The notes beneath the pieces were generated by a model that saw only the letters and a program-made list of their open reading frames with translations, had not been told where the DNA came from and did not search any database. From positions 466-64,465 of IMG/VR virus record IMGVR_UViG_3300017700_000723: a DNA stretch of 64,000 nucleotides; one strand, written 5' to 3'. Every line of letters begins with the position of its first letter. The first letter of the stretch is position 1. The position numbers were made by a program, and so were the translations under genes. This document shows, one piece after another, positions 36,691 to 45,668 of the stretch. Source of the DNA: a virus. Lineage: Duplodnaviria > Caudoviricetes.

Positions 36691-36956
36691 CGACGGTGAC
36701 CAAGACCGAGAGGGACGTGCTGCAGCTCCTGCACGAGAGCCGGGAGACCCTATATACGAAGTACAACATCGCCGTCACCCTCAACGTGACGCGCACGGTC
36801 GCGGCCCGAGCGGTCAGGTCCCTGGTCCGCCGCGGCTTCGCCGAGGTGCAGCCCGCGTTCAACGACGACGGCCAGCTCGTCGGCAGCGGCTACCACATCA
36901 CCACGCTCGGCGGGGAGCAGCCGTGGCTGACGTTCGAGATCGCGGAGGAGGCATGA
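36687..36956 (+). CDS. winged-HTH-like protein
   Basis: IAVTLNVTRTVAARAVRSLVRRGFAE HTH pattern. Confidence 0.6.
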   Translation: MTTVTKTERDVLQLLHESRETLYTKYNIAVTLNVTRTVAARAVRSLVRRGFAEVQPAFNDDGQLVGSGYHITTLGGEQPWLTFEIAEEA

Positions 36957-37423
36957 CGACGACGGCGCTGGACTACATCGAGAAGACGGCGGGCACAGTT
37001 AAGCTGACCGAGGTCAGCGGCGAGAGGTACGCCGACGAGGTCAACCGGCTGAACGGCCTGTTCCCGGACGACTTCGTGGCGCTCAAGCCGCGGCACCTCA
37101 AGGAGGGCTTCTGGTGGCTCGCGCACGACGGCCTGCAGCTCGTGGGCTTTGCGGGCATGGTGCCGTTCCACCCGTTCCCGCGCGTCGGCTACCTCAAGCG
37201 CGCGGCCGTCATCCCCGCGTATCGCGGCCGCGGCCTGCAGCAGCAGATGATGAATGAGAGGGTGTCGAGGGCCAAGTCGTCGACCGACTGGACACACTTT
37301 GTGACTGAGACACACATGGAGAACGTGGCGTCGTCGAACAACATGATACGGGCGGGCTTCCGCATGGTGACGCCCGAGCGTCCGTGGGCCGAGGAGACCC
37401 TGTTCTGGGTCAAGGAGATTTAG
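36953..37423 (+). CDS. GNAT-family acetyltransferase
   Basis: YLKRAAVIPAYRGRGLQ motif A; SSNNMIRAGF motif B. Confidence 0.85.
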   Translation: MTTTALDYIEKTAGTVKLTEVSGERYADEVNRLNGLFPDDFVALKPRHLKEGFWWLAHDGLQLVGFAGMVPFHPFPRVGYLKRAAVIPAYRGRGLQQQMMNERVSRAKSSTDWTHFVTETHMENVASSNNMIRAGFRMVTPERPWAEETLFWVKEI

Positions 37424-37618
37424 ATGAGCTGGCTCTTCTGGCTTGAACTGTACCTGCTGCTCGGCGCGCTGAGCTGCGTGGTGGGCGAGCAGACCAACCG
37501 CCGCAGGGGCTGGAAGCATTTCACCTGGGACGAGGTGGCGTTCATCATGCTGCTTTGGTGGGCGATCTGGGCCGTCGCTTTCTGGGAAGAGTTCAAGAAG
37601 GGTCGCAAGCATGGCTAG
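37424..37618 (+). CDS. small membrane protein
   Basis: two hydrophobic segments. Confidence 0.55.
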   Translation: MSWLFWLELYLLLGALSCVVGEQTNRRRGWKHFTWDEVAFIMLLWWAIWAVAFWEEFKKGRKHG

Positions 37619-37967
37619 GAAGGCGAAGGTCACACGCACGTCGAAGCCCCGCGGCTATCGACCCCCGTACAAGCTCGTCGAGATCATCTGGGACGACGCG
37701 TCCTCGAACTCCGAGACGTGGGTCGCCGTGAAGGACATCACGGAGCCCGAGCAGGTCATCACGGTCGGCTTCCTGGTGAAGGAGACCGACAAGTTCGTGT
37801 CCGTCGCCACGTCGGTATCGAACGAGGACCTGGACGAGGACGTCGTCGGCAACACCATGACCATCCCCCTGGGGATGATCGTCAGCCGGCGCGACATCGT
37901 CGCCAAGACCGCAATCAAGAAGAAGCCCCGCGCCAAGAAGGTCGAGGAGGTGAAGGATGCCGCGTGA
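37611..37967 (+). CDS. conserved phage hypothetical protein
   Basis: V.I.W.DA...W...TVGFL...IP.GMI pattern. Confidence 0.7.
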   Translation: MARKAKVTRTSKPRGYRPPYKLVEIIWDDASSNSETWVAVKDITEPEQVITVGFLVKETDKFVSVATSVSNEDLDEDVVGNTMTIPLGMIVSRRDIVAKTAIKKKPRAKKVEEVKDAA

Positions 37968-38163
37968 GCCCCGCAGAGGAACACACTGGGAGACCCAGGA
38001 CCTGCTCGTCACGGTGATCCGCAACCAGATCGACATCATGGATGCGCAGCGTATGATACTCAACTCCATCGGCGTGCCCGCCAGTTACGAGATACACGAC
38101 GCGCTGCGGGGCAGGATCGTCAAGTCCAACCAACAGATCGAGGGGAGCTCGAGACAGCTATGA
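37957..38163 (+). CDS. hypothetical protein
   Basis: operon-contiguous ORF. Confidence 0.55.
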   Translation: MPREPRRGTHWETQDLLVTVIRNQIDIMDAQRMILNSIGVPASYEIHDALRGRIVKSNQQIEGSSRQL

Positions 38164-38783
38164 CTGCATTTCCTCCGAGCAACATCGCCTTCAAGGCGAC
38201 GCGCGCCCTTATCCGCTCGATCGTCGAGGACACACTCAACGGCAATCGCCCTGGCCACCTGTGGTCCGTGCAGGGTTTCGGCATGCTGCGGACCTACCTC
38301 GATGAGGCCAAGGTCTGGCGCCTGAACCTCTGGCATTCCGCGATGGCCGTGCCAGACGTGTCCACTATCCACGACCACCCGTGGGACTTCACGTCCCTGG
38401 TCGTCGCCGGTACCTTCACGAACATCCGCTACCGTCGGACCTTCGACAGCGACCCCGGGGGCCTGGATTACCAGCACATGCGGATCAAGACCGGCGAGGG
38501 CGGAGGACCGGCTGGGTACGCCGAGACCACCCGCCTCGTCGACTATCCCGCGGAGGTCTATCGGGCAGGCATGATCTACCGCCAGCATGCGGAGGAGGTG
38601 CATGAGAGCCGCTACGCCGACGGCACGATCACCATCAACGAGCGCGTACGACGGCCCGACCCGGACCACGCCAATGTCTTCTGGCGGACGGGGAACTGGG
38701 TGGACGCCGAGCCGCGGCAAGCCACGCTGCACGAGATCAGGCTCGCGCTCGTCGACGCTCTGGTGGTGATCGATGCCGAGTGA
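38160..38783 (+). CDS. cupin-fold protein
   Basis: IHDHPWDFTSLVVAG cupin motif 1 plus distal His. Confidence 0.6.
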   Translation: MTAFPPSNIAFKATRALIRSIVEDTLNGNRPGHLWSVQGFGMLRTYLDEAKVWRLNLWHSAMAVPDVSTIHDHPWDFTSLVVAGTFTNIRYRRTFDSDPGGLDYQHMRIKTGEGGGPAGYAETTRLVDYPAEVYRAGMIYRQHAEEVHESRYADGTITINERVRRPDPDHANVFWRTGNWVDAEPRQATLHEIRLALVDALVVIDAE

Positions 38784-39054
38784 CGTCCCGTTCACGCTCT
38801 CGCTCATTCCCGGCTTCGTCGGCCGTCCGCACATAACTGTGTGGGCACGTCCGTTGCTTCGCGGGGCTATTCGCGACACAGTCAAGCGCTCCGGCTGCGA
38901 GCTGGAGGAGGGCTTCAGCTGGTGGAACCGCAAGATGGTGATCCTCGGCACGGTGGAGCAGATCAACGAGTTCATCCGTGTGGCGTGGGAGAACGACGAC
39001 CTGCGGAAGAGCCTGAAGGTATTCTCGGAGGGCTACGATGACGACCAACACTGA
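38773..39054 (+). CDS. hypothetical protein
   Basis: operon-contiguous ORF. Confidence 0.55.
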   Translation: MPSDVPFTLSLIPGFVGRPHITVWARPLLRGAIRDTVKRSGCELEEGFSWWNRKMVILGTVEQINEFIRVAWENDDLRKSLKVFSEGYDDDQH

Positions 39055-39229
39055 GGAGGGTGTGCTTGTCCGACGGTACCAGTTCCAGATTGACGGCCGC
39101 GGCTTCGGCGCTCGTGTTCACACTGAGTGGGCCCTTGCTGCGAACGACGCTGTGGCAGCGGGCTATGGCTTCTGGGCCTCAGCCACGGAGGTCAAGCTCG
39201 ACGAACAAGCCAGTATCGCGGAGTGGTGA
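39038..39229 (+). CDS. hypothetical protein
   Basis: GGAGG RBS. Confidence 0.5.
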   Translation: MTTNTEEGVLVRRYQFQIDGRGFGARVHTEWALAANDAVAAGYGFWASATEVKLDEQASIAEW

Positions 39230-39471
39230 TGGCCCGGACCGTATCCGTTGGACTGTCCCGTCTCTTCCGGCTCATCGAGCTCGAGCCAGGGAGGCTGCGG
39301 ATCGAGCAGGCGGTCAAGGACCCGCTCACTAAGAAGTGGAACTGGAAGCCGCTGGCCTTCGCAACCGAGTGGGGCGAGGCGCACGGCGCGCTGCACCAGA
39401 TGCAGGCAGACTTCATGGACAAGATGATCGAACGCCGGGGGAGCTTCAATGCCTCACGTTATCTTTCGTAA
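39229..39471 (+). CDS. hypothetical protein
   Basis: TGATG overlap, MARTVSV... Confidence 0.55.
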   Translation: MARTVSVGLSRLFRLIELEPGRLRIEQAVKDPLTKKWNWKPLAFATEWGEAHGALHQMQADFMDKMIERRGSFNASRYLS

Positions 39472-39808
39472 CTACAGGCGCCACCTCGAGCGGCAGCAGC
39501 GGCTCAGACAAAGCTGGGCGACGTTCTGGTTCTACGTCGCCCTCGGTGTCATCATGCTCTGCCTGGTTGGGACCGCGAAGGCGGACGTGCCGTGGTACTG
39601 CAAGGCACTGTTGAAGTACGAACGCAGCTGCGAGGGCGTCAAAGCCGCGTCCCGGGTGATGGGACAGGCGAGGTCCGAGAAGCTGGCCCGACGGTGCGGC
39701 GCGAGCGACGCGGAGATAGAGCAGGCGAGGGCCTGTCTCAGGGAAGGTAGCAATGGCCGAACAGAACCACGACAAGACGCGCCAGAACCTAAAGCGCCTG
39801 GCGGTTGA
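39449..39808 (+). CDS. membrane-anchored Cys-containing protein
   Basis: TM segment followed by four Cys. Confidence 0.5.
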   Translation: MPHVIFRNYRRHLERQQRLRQSWATFWFYVALGVIMLCLVGTAKADVPWYCKALLKYERSCEGVKAASRVMGQARSEKLARRCGASDAEIEQARACLREGSNGRTEPRQDAPEPKAPGG

Positions 39809-39995
39809 CCTCCAGAAGCGGTTGATCCACGCACAGAGCCAAGTGGTCTATCATCGCCGGGAGCTGGACGAAGAGACCCATAGGGTCCACGTGCTGAACA
39901 CGCAGTACGAACAGGTCCTCCTGGCCGAGGGCGTCCTGCGCACCCTGGACGAGAGCGGCATCACACTCAAGCCGAAGGTCACAGCCAGTGCCTGA
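39753..39995 (+). CDS. coiled-coil hypothetical protein
   Basis: heptad-like sequence; RBS GGAAGG. Confidence 0.55.
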   Translation: MAEQNHDKTRQNLKRLAVDLQKRLIHAQSQVVYHRRELDEETHRVHVLNTQYEQVLLAEGVLRTLDESGITLKPKVTASA

Positions 39996-40168
39996 CGATG
40001 TCAACGGCATGGTGCCCACAAACGACACTATCTCCTGCATCGGCCTTTCCGAGCTGATCGGCCTGCCCGTCCGCAAGCCACACAAGGCCATACAGGTCTG
40101 CGAGGGCGAGTGGCGTCCCATGAAGTCGCTCAGCCAGCGCTGCGTCGGCTATCGATTTTGGAGGCACA

Positions 40169-40393
40169 GTGACCACGACAAGTGACCTCGGCCAAGTCGA
40201 GTGGAAGTGGAAGGGCGCCAACGGCCAGGACAACACCTACACTGGCCGCCTGCTCCAGTTCGTCGTCATGCGCGAGATGCCAGACAACCAGCGACCCGAG
40301 TATTCCTACGACGTCCTGTACGCCGTTGTCCGCCAGGACGACGGCACCTTCATCACCATTCACCCCGACAACCTGAGGCACCGCAGTGGCTAA
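40169..40393 (+). CDS. hypothetical protein (SH3-like beta pattern)
   Basis: GGAGG RBS, GTG start. Confidence 0.55.
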   Translation: MTTTSDLGQVEWKWKGANGQDNTYTGRLLQFVVMREMPDNQRPEYSYDVLYAVVRQDDGTFITIHPDNLRHRSG

Positions 40394-40586
40394 CTGGTTC
40401 TACCTCGCAGGCTCGCTGTGCTTCGTCGCCGGCACACTCTGGAACATCTATCATGGCTAGGGTCTTCCCCGTTATCATGATCGCGATGTCGGCCTGCGCG
40501 AGTGCAGTGTACCTGTACGACGGCGACTTCCGCCGGACAATCTACTGGGCTGCAGCCGCGGTCCTGACAGCATCGGTGACATTCTG

Positions 40587-41960
40587 ATGGCCAAGCACGC
40601 TCGTCTCTCCGCCTCCGGCTCGAAGCAGTGGATCAACTGTCCCGGCAGCATTCGCCGCGAGGAGGACTACCCTGAGGGTACGTCGTCCATCTTCGCGCAG
40701 CAGGGGACTGGGGCTCACGCCCTGTCCGACTGGTGCCTCACGACCGGCAAGGACGCCGAGGACTACGTCGGCGGTCGCGTGTGGGTGCACGAGGAGAAGG
40801 AGACGAAGCTCGTCCCGCCCTCCGTCAAGGAGCAGGGCAAGCTCGAGGAGCGCCTCGCACGGGAGGGCTACACCCGCTTCGACGTCGTCGACGGCGAGGG
40901 CAACGGCGAGCTGACCGAGATCAAGTGCTGGGCCGTGATGATGTTCGTCAACTGCTGCCGCCAGGAGTGGCAGAAGTCGGCCGACATGTCCGCCGTGTTC
41001 GGCGAGGAGCCCCTGCCGTTCGAGACCGAGCGCTACATGGACGGCAGCTGGCTGCACCCGCTCATGGGCGGCACGGCCGACTGGCACATGCTCGCCATGG
41101 ACAACTGGATCAAGCTGAAGGACCTCAAGTATGGGGCGGGCGTGTCCGTCGAGGTCGAGGACAACACGCAGCAGATGATCTACGCCGTGCTGATCCTGCA
41201 CGAGCACCCCGAGGCCGACGGCGTGGACATGGAGATCGTCCAGCCGCGTCTCGCCCACAAGGACGGCCCGATCCGTCCGGCACGCTACACGAGGCAGCAG
41301 CTGCTCGACTTCCAGGCCGAGCTCGTCGACCTGGCCAACGAGACGCAGAAGCACAACGCGCCGATCAACGCGGGCGACTGGTGCCTCTGGTGCCGCGCCA
41401 AGGTCGGCTGCAAGGAGTTCCGGGAGAGGACGCAGGACCTGGCGCGCATGGACTTCGACGACCCGCCGGAGATCATACAGGCGCCGACCGACCTCGAGCA
41501 GCTGGCCAAGCTCGCCGCGTGGATGCCGATGCTCGACGCGCTGAACAAGGCCGTCGACGGTGCGATCGGCCGGGAGCTCCACCAGGGACGCCGGGTCGGC
41601 GGCTTCAAGCTCGTGCGCGGCAGGACCTACAGGCGCTACGGACACGCCGAGGACCACCCCGAAGGTCTCTGGTCGCAGGGTGATCCCATCGAGGAGGCCG
41701 AGATCGTCGGACTCCTGAAGGAGGAGGCGCTCCTGACCGAGGACATGATGTACCATCCGCCGCAGCCGGCCAAGCTGCTCACCCTGCCGCAGATGGAGAA
41801 GCTGGGCAAGGACGCCAAGGTGGTGCTGAAGAAGATCACGTACAAGCCGGAGGGGCCGCTGGTTGTAGCCCCAGAGAGCGACCCGCGCGAGGAGGTCAAG
41901 ATCGACCCGGCCGCGGCCTTCCCGAGCGACGATGACGACGCGATGGAGATACCAGGATGA
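40587..41960 (+). CDS. Cas4-like exonuclease, DUF2800 family
   Basis: HARLSASGSKQWINCPGS; GTAD...DLKYGAG; GDWCLWCRAKVGC. Confidence 0.9.
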   Translation: MAKHARLSASGSKQWINCPGSIRREEDYPEGTSSIFAQQGTGAHALSDWCLTTGKDAEDYVGGRVWVHEEKETKLVPPSVKEQGKLEERLAREGYTRFDVVDGEGNGELTEIKCWAVMMFVNCCRQEWQKSADMSAVFGEEPLPFETERYMDGSWLHPLMGGTADWHMLAMDNWIKLKDLKYGAGVSVEVEDNTQQMIYAVLILHEHPEADGVDMEIVQPRLAHKDGPIRPARYTRQQLLDFQAELVDLANETQKHNAPINAGDWCLWCRAKVGCKEFRERTQDLARMDFDDPPEIIQAPTDLEQLAKLAAWMPMLDALNKAVDGAIGRELHQGRRVGGFKLVRGRTYRRYGHAEDHPEGLWSQGDPIEEAEIVGLLKEEALLTEDMMYHPPQPAKLLTLPQMEKLGKDAKVVLKKITYKPEGPLVVAPESDPREEVKIDPAAAFPSDDDDAMEIPG

Positions 41961-42349
41961 GGCTGCTACTCGCTATAGGGCTCGGGCTGGGCATCCTGAT
42001 CGGCCTCCACGTGCCCGCCCGTCCGCACGACGCGCACCACCCGGAGCACAACGACTGGTACATGTCGCTGATGCGGCCCGACAATCCGTCGATGTCCTGC
42101 TGTGGCCTGGCCGACGCCTACTGGGCGGACGAGGTCAAGGTCGTGAACGGCGAGGCCTACGTCAAGATACAGGACGAGCGCGACGACGAGATGCTCGGCC
42201 GCCCGCACATACCGAGCGGGACCTGGGTCCACGTGCCGAGCCAGAAGCTGAAGCACGACAAGGGCAACCCGACGGGCCACGGTGTGATCTTCATCGGGCA
42301 CGGTGACCTCTCGAATGTCTATTGCTACGTGCAGGGAACAGGAATATGA
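41957..42349 (+). CDS. secreted protein of a Rhizobiales-type family
   Basis: signal peptide; WY..L..PD....SCCG.AD and C-terminal YCYV.G.G pattern. Confidence 0.6.
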   Translation: MRLLLAIGLGLGILIGLHVPARPHDAHHPEHNDWYMSLMRPDNPSMSCCGLADAYWADEVKVVNGEAYVKIQDERDDEMLGRPHIPSGTWVHVPSQKLKHDKGNPTGHGVIFIGHGDLSNVYCYVQGTGI

Positions 42350-42606
42350 GCAGAGGACCCGGACTGACCGGCGACAGCAACTTCGAGAGCTCGGTCGAGT
42401 TCTACCGCAAGGGCGACGGCTATCGCACGATCGCCTACGGCAAGACCCGCGAGCGCATCCTGGCCGAGATACAAGCTGCCCACGGCACCAGGACGGACTG
42501 GGAGGACGACTGGGTGGTCTCGCCGACCAGGTCAGTCGCGATGGGCCTAGGGCACCAGTGGGCGAGGGTGCCTCGCAGGTATGACGAATACGGCGAGAAG
42601 GCGTAA
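42346..42606 (+). CDS. hypothetical protein
   Basis: ATGA overlap; 3' part of track ORF 42322..42606. Confidence 0.55.
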   Translation: MSRGPGLTGDSNFESSVEFYRKGDGYRTIAYGKTRERILAEIQAAHGTRTDWEDDWVVSPTRSVAMGLGHQWARVPRRYDEYGEKA

Positions 42607-42651
42607 GGTCCGCTCGCCTCAGCAAGAGGTGTTAAACAGTGGAGGCCCACA

Positions 42652-43242
42652 GTGGCTGAACGTAAGGCAGTGTTTACCCCGCCGTTCCGGGTGTCGTTCC
42701 CGAACGTGTATCGCCCCTCGAGCTACCAGGGCGGCGAGCCGAAGTACTCCCTCGTCATGTTGTTCTACCCGGCCGACTTCAACGAGAAGCACAAGCTCGC
42801 TTGGAAGGACGTCGGCCGTATCGCCAACGAGGCGGCGATGGAGAAGTTCAAGAAGCCCCTCAAGGAGCTCCCGGACAACTTCCGCAAGCCCTTCCGCAAG
42901 GGCGAGGAGAAGGCGCACCTCGACGGCTACGGCCCCGGCTGCATCTTCTTCAGTGCGTCCTCCAAGCAGGCCCCTGGCGTGATCGACCGCAACAAGGCGG
43001 TCGTCCTCGAGCAGGACCTGTACCCAGGCTGCTGGGCCCGTGCGTCGATCAGCGCCTTCGCCTACGAGAACAAGGGCAAGGGCGTCGCGTTCGGCCTGCA
43101 CAACATCCAGAAGCTGGGCGAGGGCGAGAACTTCAGCGGGCGCCTCGCGGCCGAGGAGGACTTCGGCGACAACGTCGACGACGTCTTCCCGGATGCCGGT
43201 GGAGGCAGTGCGCCGATGGACGACGACGACCCGATGGCGTGA
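42652..43242 (+). CDS. single-stranded DNA-binding protein, DUF2815 (Enc34-like)
   Basis: RVSFPNVY..., YPGCWARAS, GVAFGLHNIQKLGEGE, acidic C-tail. Confidence 0.9.
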   Translation: MAERKAVFTPPFRVSFPNVYRPSSYQGGEPKYSLVMLFYPADFNEKHKLAWKDVGRIANEAAMEKFKKPLKELPDNFRKPFRKGEEKAHLDGYGPGCIFFSASSKQAPGVIDRNKAVVLEQDLYPGCWARASISAFAYENKGKGVAFGLHNIQKLGEGENFSGRLAAEEDFGDNVDDVFPDAGGGSAPMDDDDPMA

Positions 43243-43275
43243 CCCGACCCCTCGTCATTTCGGACGTCTAGTGTG

Positions 43276-43305
43276 AGGCCCCAGTGAAAGCTGGGGCCTT
43301 TCACT
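43276..43305 (+). terminator. terminator after SSB
   Basis: AGGCCCCAG-TGAAAG-CTGGGGCCT followed by TTCACTT. Confidence 0.65.
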
Positions 43306-43440
43306 TATTGGAGTACGCTGAGGGGCAAGCGAGGCATAAGGACCGAACGTTTCCATCAGGTGCGTGAGCGTCGGGAGCTCGTCTAGGATCGGCCGGTGGC
43401 TCGATGGAACACTGGCCGGTTGCATTTCAAGGGAGTCGTC

Positions 43441-43938
43441 ATGCTGCGCTGCCACGAGGGAAAATGCTCGCTGTGCCGTCGCCACACTTGCATCTGCGAA
43501 TGCGAGGAGCTGCGCGAGATGAGCTGCGCCGAGAAGGCGGAGCACCACGAGCTCTGCAACGATGGCCACTGGTTCAAGGTCGTGCCGTTCGAGTTTCGCA
43601 ACGGGATCAACGGCGGCACGTCCTACTCGATCGTCAAGTGCAAGACCATGGCGACGTCCAAGGACAAGGACAACGCCGAGGAGATCGTCCGTCGGCTGAA
43701 CCTGGCGCGTAAGGCCGAGCGCGACAACAACAGGCTCGTCGCGGAGAACAGGCGGCTCCAGTCGACCTTCCGAGGACGGCACTCCAGCGAGGATGTGCGA
43801 CAGGCCGTCATCGACGAGTTCGCTGTTCTCCCGCATTGTCGCTGGTCATCGCATCGCAAGCAGATCGTCGACTTCGGCAGGGCGGTGCTACGCCGCCTCA
43901 AGGTGGCCGACGATCAATCCATCGGCGGTGAAAGCTGA
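43441..43938 (+). CDS. hypothetical protein with Cys/His-rich N-terminus
   Basis: GGGAG RBS; multiple Cys suggesting Zn binding. Confidence 0.6.
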   Translation: MLRCHEGKCSLCRRHTCICECEELREMSCAEKAEHHELCNDGHWFKVVPFEFRNGINGGTSYSIVKCKTMATSKDKDNAEEIVRRLNLARKAERDNNRLVAENRRLQSTFRGRHSSEDVRQAVIDEFAVLPHCRWSSHRKQIVDFGRAVLRRLKVADDQSIGGES

Positions 43939-44300
43939 TGGAGGACAACGACTTCATCTTCCGCAACCACCCACGAAGCAAGGAGACCACCATGGATACC
44001 GTAGGCAACAAGACCGAAGACAACCTGATCCCGGCGAGCGGGACCGAGATGCGCGTGGCCGACGTCGCGGCCTTCTGCGTCATCGGGCCGTCAGTCAGCA
44101 ACAGCTTCGGCCGCACCTGGAAGAAGACCCAGGCCGAGGCCGCCAAGCACGCGCGGAAGCTCATCAACCAGTCCGTCGACGGCAAGGGCAACCCGACGAC
44201 GCGCAAGCTGTTCGTCGTCCAGGTCGTCGAGGTCATCGAGGTCCCGGGTCCGACGCTCATCAGCCGCAAGATCGAGGAGGACGACACCTCGGGGGAGTAG
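43938..44300 (+). CDS. hypothetical protein
   Basis: TGATG overlap. Confidence 0.6.
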   Translation: MEDNDFIFRNHPRSKETTMDTVGNKTEDNLIPASGTEMRVADVAAFCVIGPSVSNSFGRTWKKTQAEAAKHARKLINQSVDGKGNPTTRKLFVVQVVEVIEVPGPTLISRKIEEDDTSGE

Positions 44301-44833
44301 TCTCGCTCGACATCGAGACCTACGCCTCCGGTGGCAGTGTCACTGGAGGTGGCCTCGATTACGGGCGCGGACCCACTGATTGGGCTGCTGGCACTCTGAT
44401 CTGCGATCACGAGGGCAACAAGCGGTTCATCTCTCCACCGGCTAGGATCAGCTGGCCAACGCTCAAGCGTCCCGAGAAGGTGGACGGCAAGGTGGAGCTC
44501 CACTTCAAGGTGGATAAGACCGACCTCGTCTCTGATAAGTGGCACGGCCTCAATCTCGACTACGCGGAGATCGAGAAGCGGTGCCTCGCCCACATGTCGG
44601 AGGACGCCAGGCGGTCGCTCATCGAGGCCTCGTGGCCGGCGAGGGAGTCCTTCATCTTCAACACGAGCGCGAGGAGGATGGGCAAGACCGTCGGCTACGG
44701 CGTCTCCGATCACTACGACGACCTCCGTCGATACTTCAAGGCCTCCAACCTTCCAAGGTGGAGGGACCTCGATGCCCATATCGAGGACAGCCTCAAGAAG
44801 AAGCGCGACCCACTAGACGAGACCAAGGCCTGA
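44297..44833 (+). pseudogene. ORF with PolA-like motif fragments, start codon uncertain
   Basis: SLDIETY, LDYAEIEKRCLAHMSED, RRMGKTVGYG in a ~178-codon frame. Confidence 0.45.
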
Positions 44834-44869
44834 ACGCTGGTATACGCTGCCCCTTTGGGCGGCGTATTC

Positions 44870-45265
44870 ACATCTCGCGACTGTTCGATGCTCGAACATA
44901 GCAGTTCAGGACCCGGGGGCAGTACCCGGCGCCTCCACCACGGATGCACGCTCGTCGGTGCTCATACGGCAGTTAGTTCGGCTGCTGTGCTAAGAGCAGG
45001 TCCTCCGACTGGACCCACTCGCCGACGGAGATGGCCCGAGCTAGCAGGGCACATTGGCGTGCATCCTTGATGGGGGCGAAACAGGATCGACTGGCTGTGA
45101 CAGGGAGAGAGTAGGTCGCCGGAGTGGCTCGCGTCATAGGGCCATGAACTAGATGCCAACGACAACACCCCGGCTCAGGACTTCCGCGTCGCGGCCTGAA
45201 TGAGCTAAGACGATGGGCTACTAGGGACCCTGCCTCGTGTCAGAATTGGGTCCCGCTCATTCCAA
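44870..45265 (+). ncRNA. ssrA: circularly permuted two-piece tmRNA (alphaproteobacterial type)
   Basis: T arm CCGGG-GGCAGTA-CCCGG and CGCCTCCACCA (ends 44940); IVS; GGGGGCGAAACAGGATCGAC at 45072 giving G3:U70; tag ANDNTPAQDFRVAA at 45155-45199; outer ends approximate. Confidence 0.92.
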
Positions 45266-45277
45266 CCGGAGGGCCGC

Positions 45278-45394
45278 ATGGCCGAGACCTGCATCCAACT
45301 CGCAATCGCGTTCACGATCGCCTGCGCTGGCGTTTCCATGGTGCTCTACACCCTGTCGCATCTCGTGGCCGCTGCCGTCAAGGTCACGTCCTGA
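45278..45394 (+). CDS. small membrane protein (38 aa)
   Basis: GGAGG RBS; single TM helix. Confidence 0.5.
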   Translation: MAETCIQLAIAFTIACAGVSMVLYTLSHLVAAAVKVTS

Positions 45395-45426
45395 GCGATC
45401 GACTTTAGACCGTCAGGACCGATGAG

Positions 45427-45450
45427 GGGGAGGCCAGCGATGGTCTCCCC
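45427..45450 (+). terminator. hairpin terminator downstream of tmRNA unit
   Basis: GGGGAGGCCA-GCGA-TGGTCTCCCC followed by TTAGTCTTT. Confidence 0.55.
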
Positions 45451-45489
45451 TTAGTCTTTCGTTAGCACCCCGGCCGGTACTGTCCGGCC

Positions 45490-45654
45490 ATGAGCAACAT
45501 CCACGAAGACATAGTGCTGGAAATGGCCAGGCTGGAGCGCGAGCTCAGGGCCAAGGTCGCCCGTAAGCTCGCCGAGAGGCAGCTCGGCCTCCTCTGGATC
45601 GACCTGGTCGACGAACGCGAGCCCCTCGAGGGCGACAGGACCCGAGCGGCCTGA
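45490..45654 (+). CDS. hypothetical protein (54 aa)
   Basis: read manually, MSNIHEDIVLEMARLE... Confidence 0.45.
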   Translation: MSNIHEDIVLEMARLERELRAKVARKLAERQLGLLWIDLVDEREPLEGDRTRAA

Positions 45655-45668
45655 CGCATACTCGAGGG

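Noticed and set aside
44885-44940. Stand-alone tRNA-Ala at the CCA end
   Set aside because: There is no anticodon arm or upstream 5' strand; the 5' acceptor strand lies downstream, as expected for permuted tmRNA.
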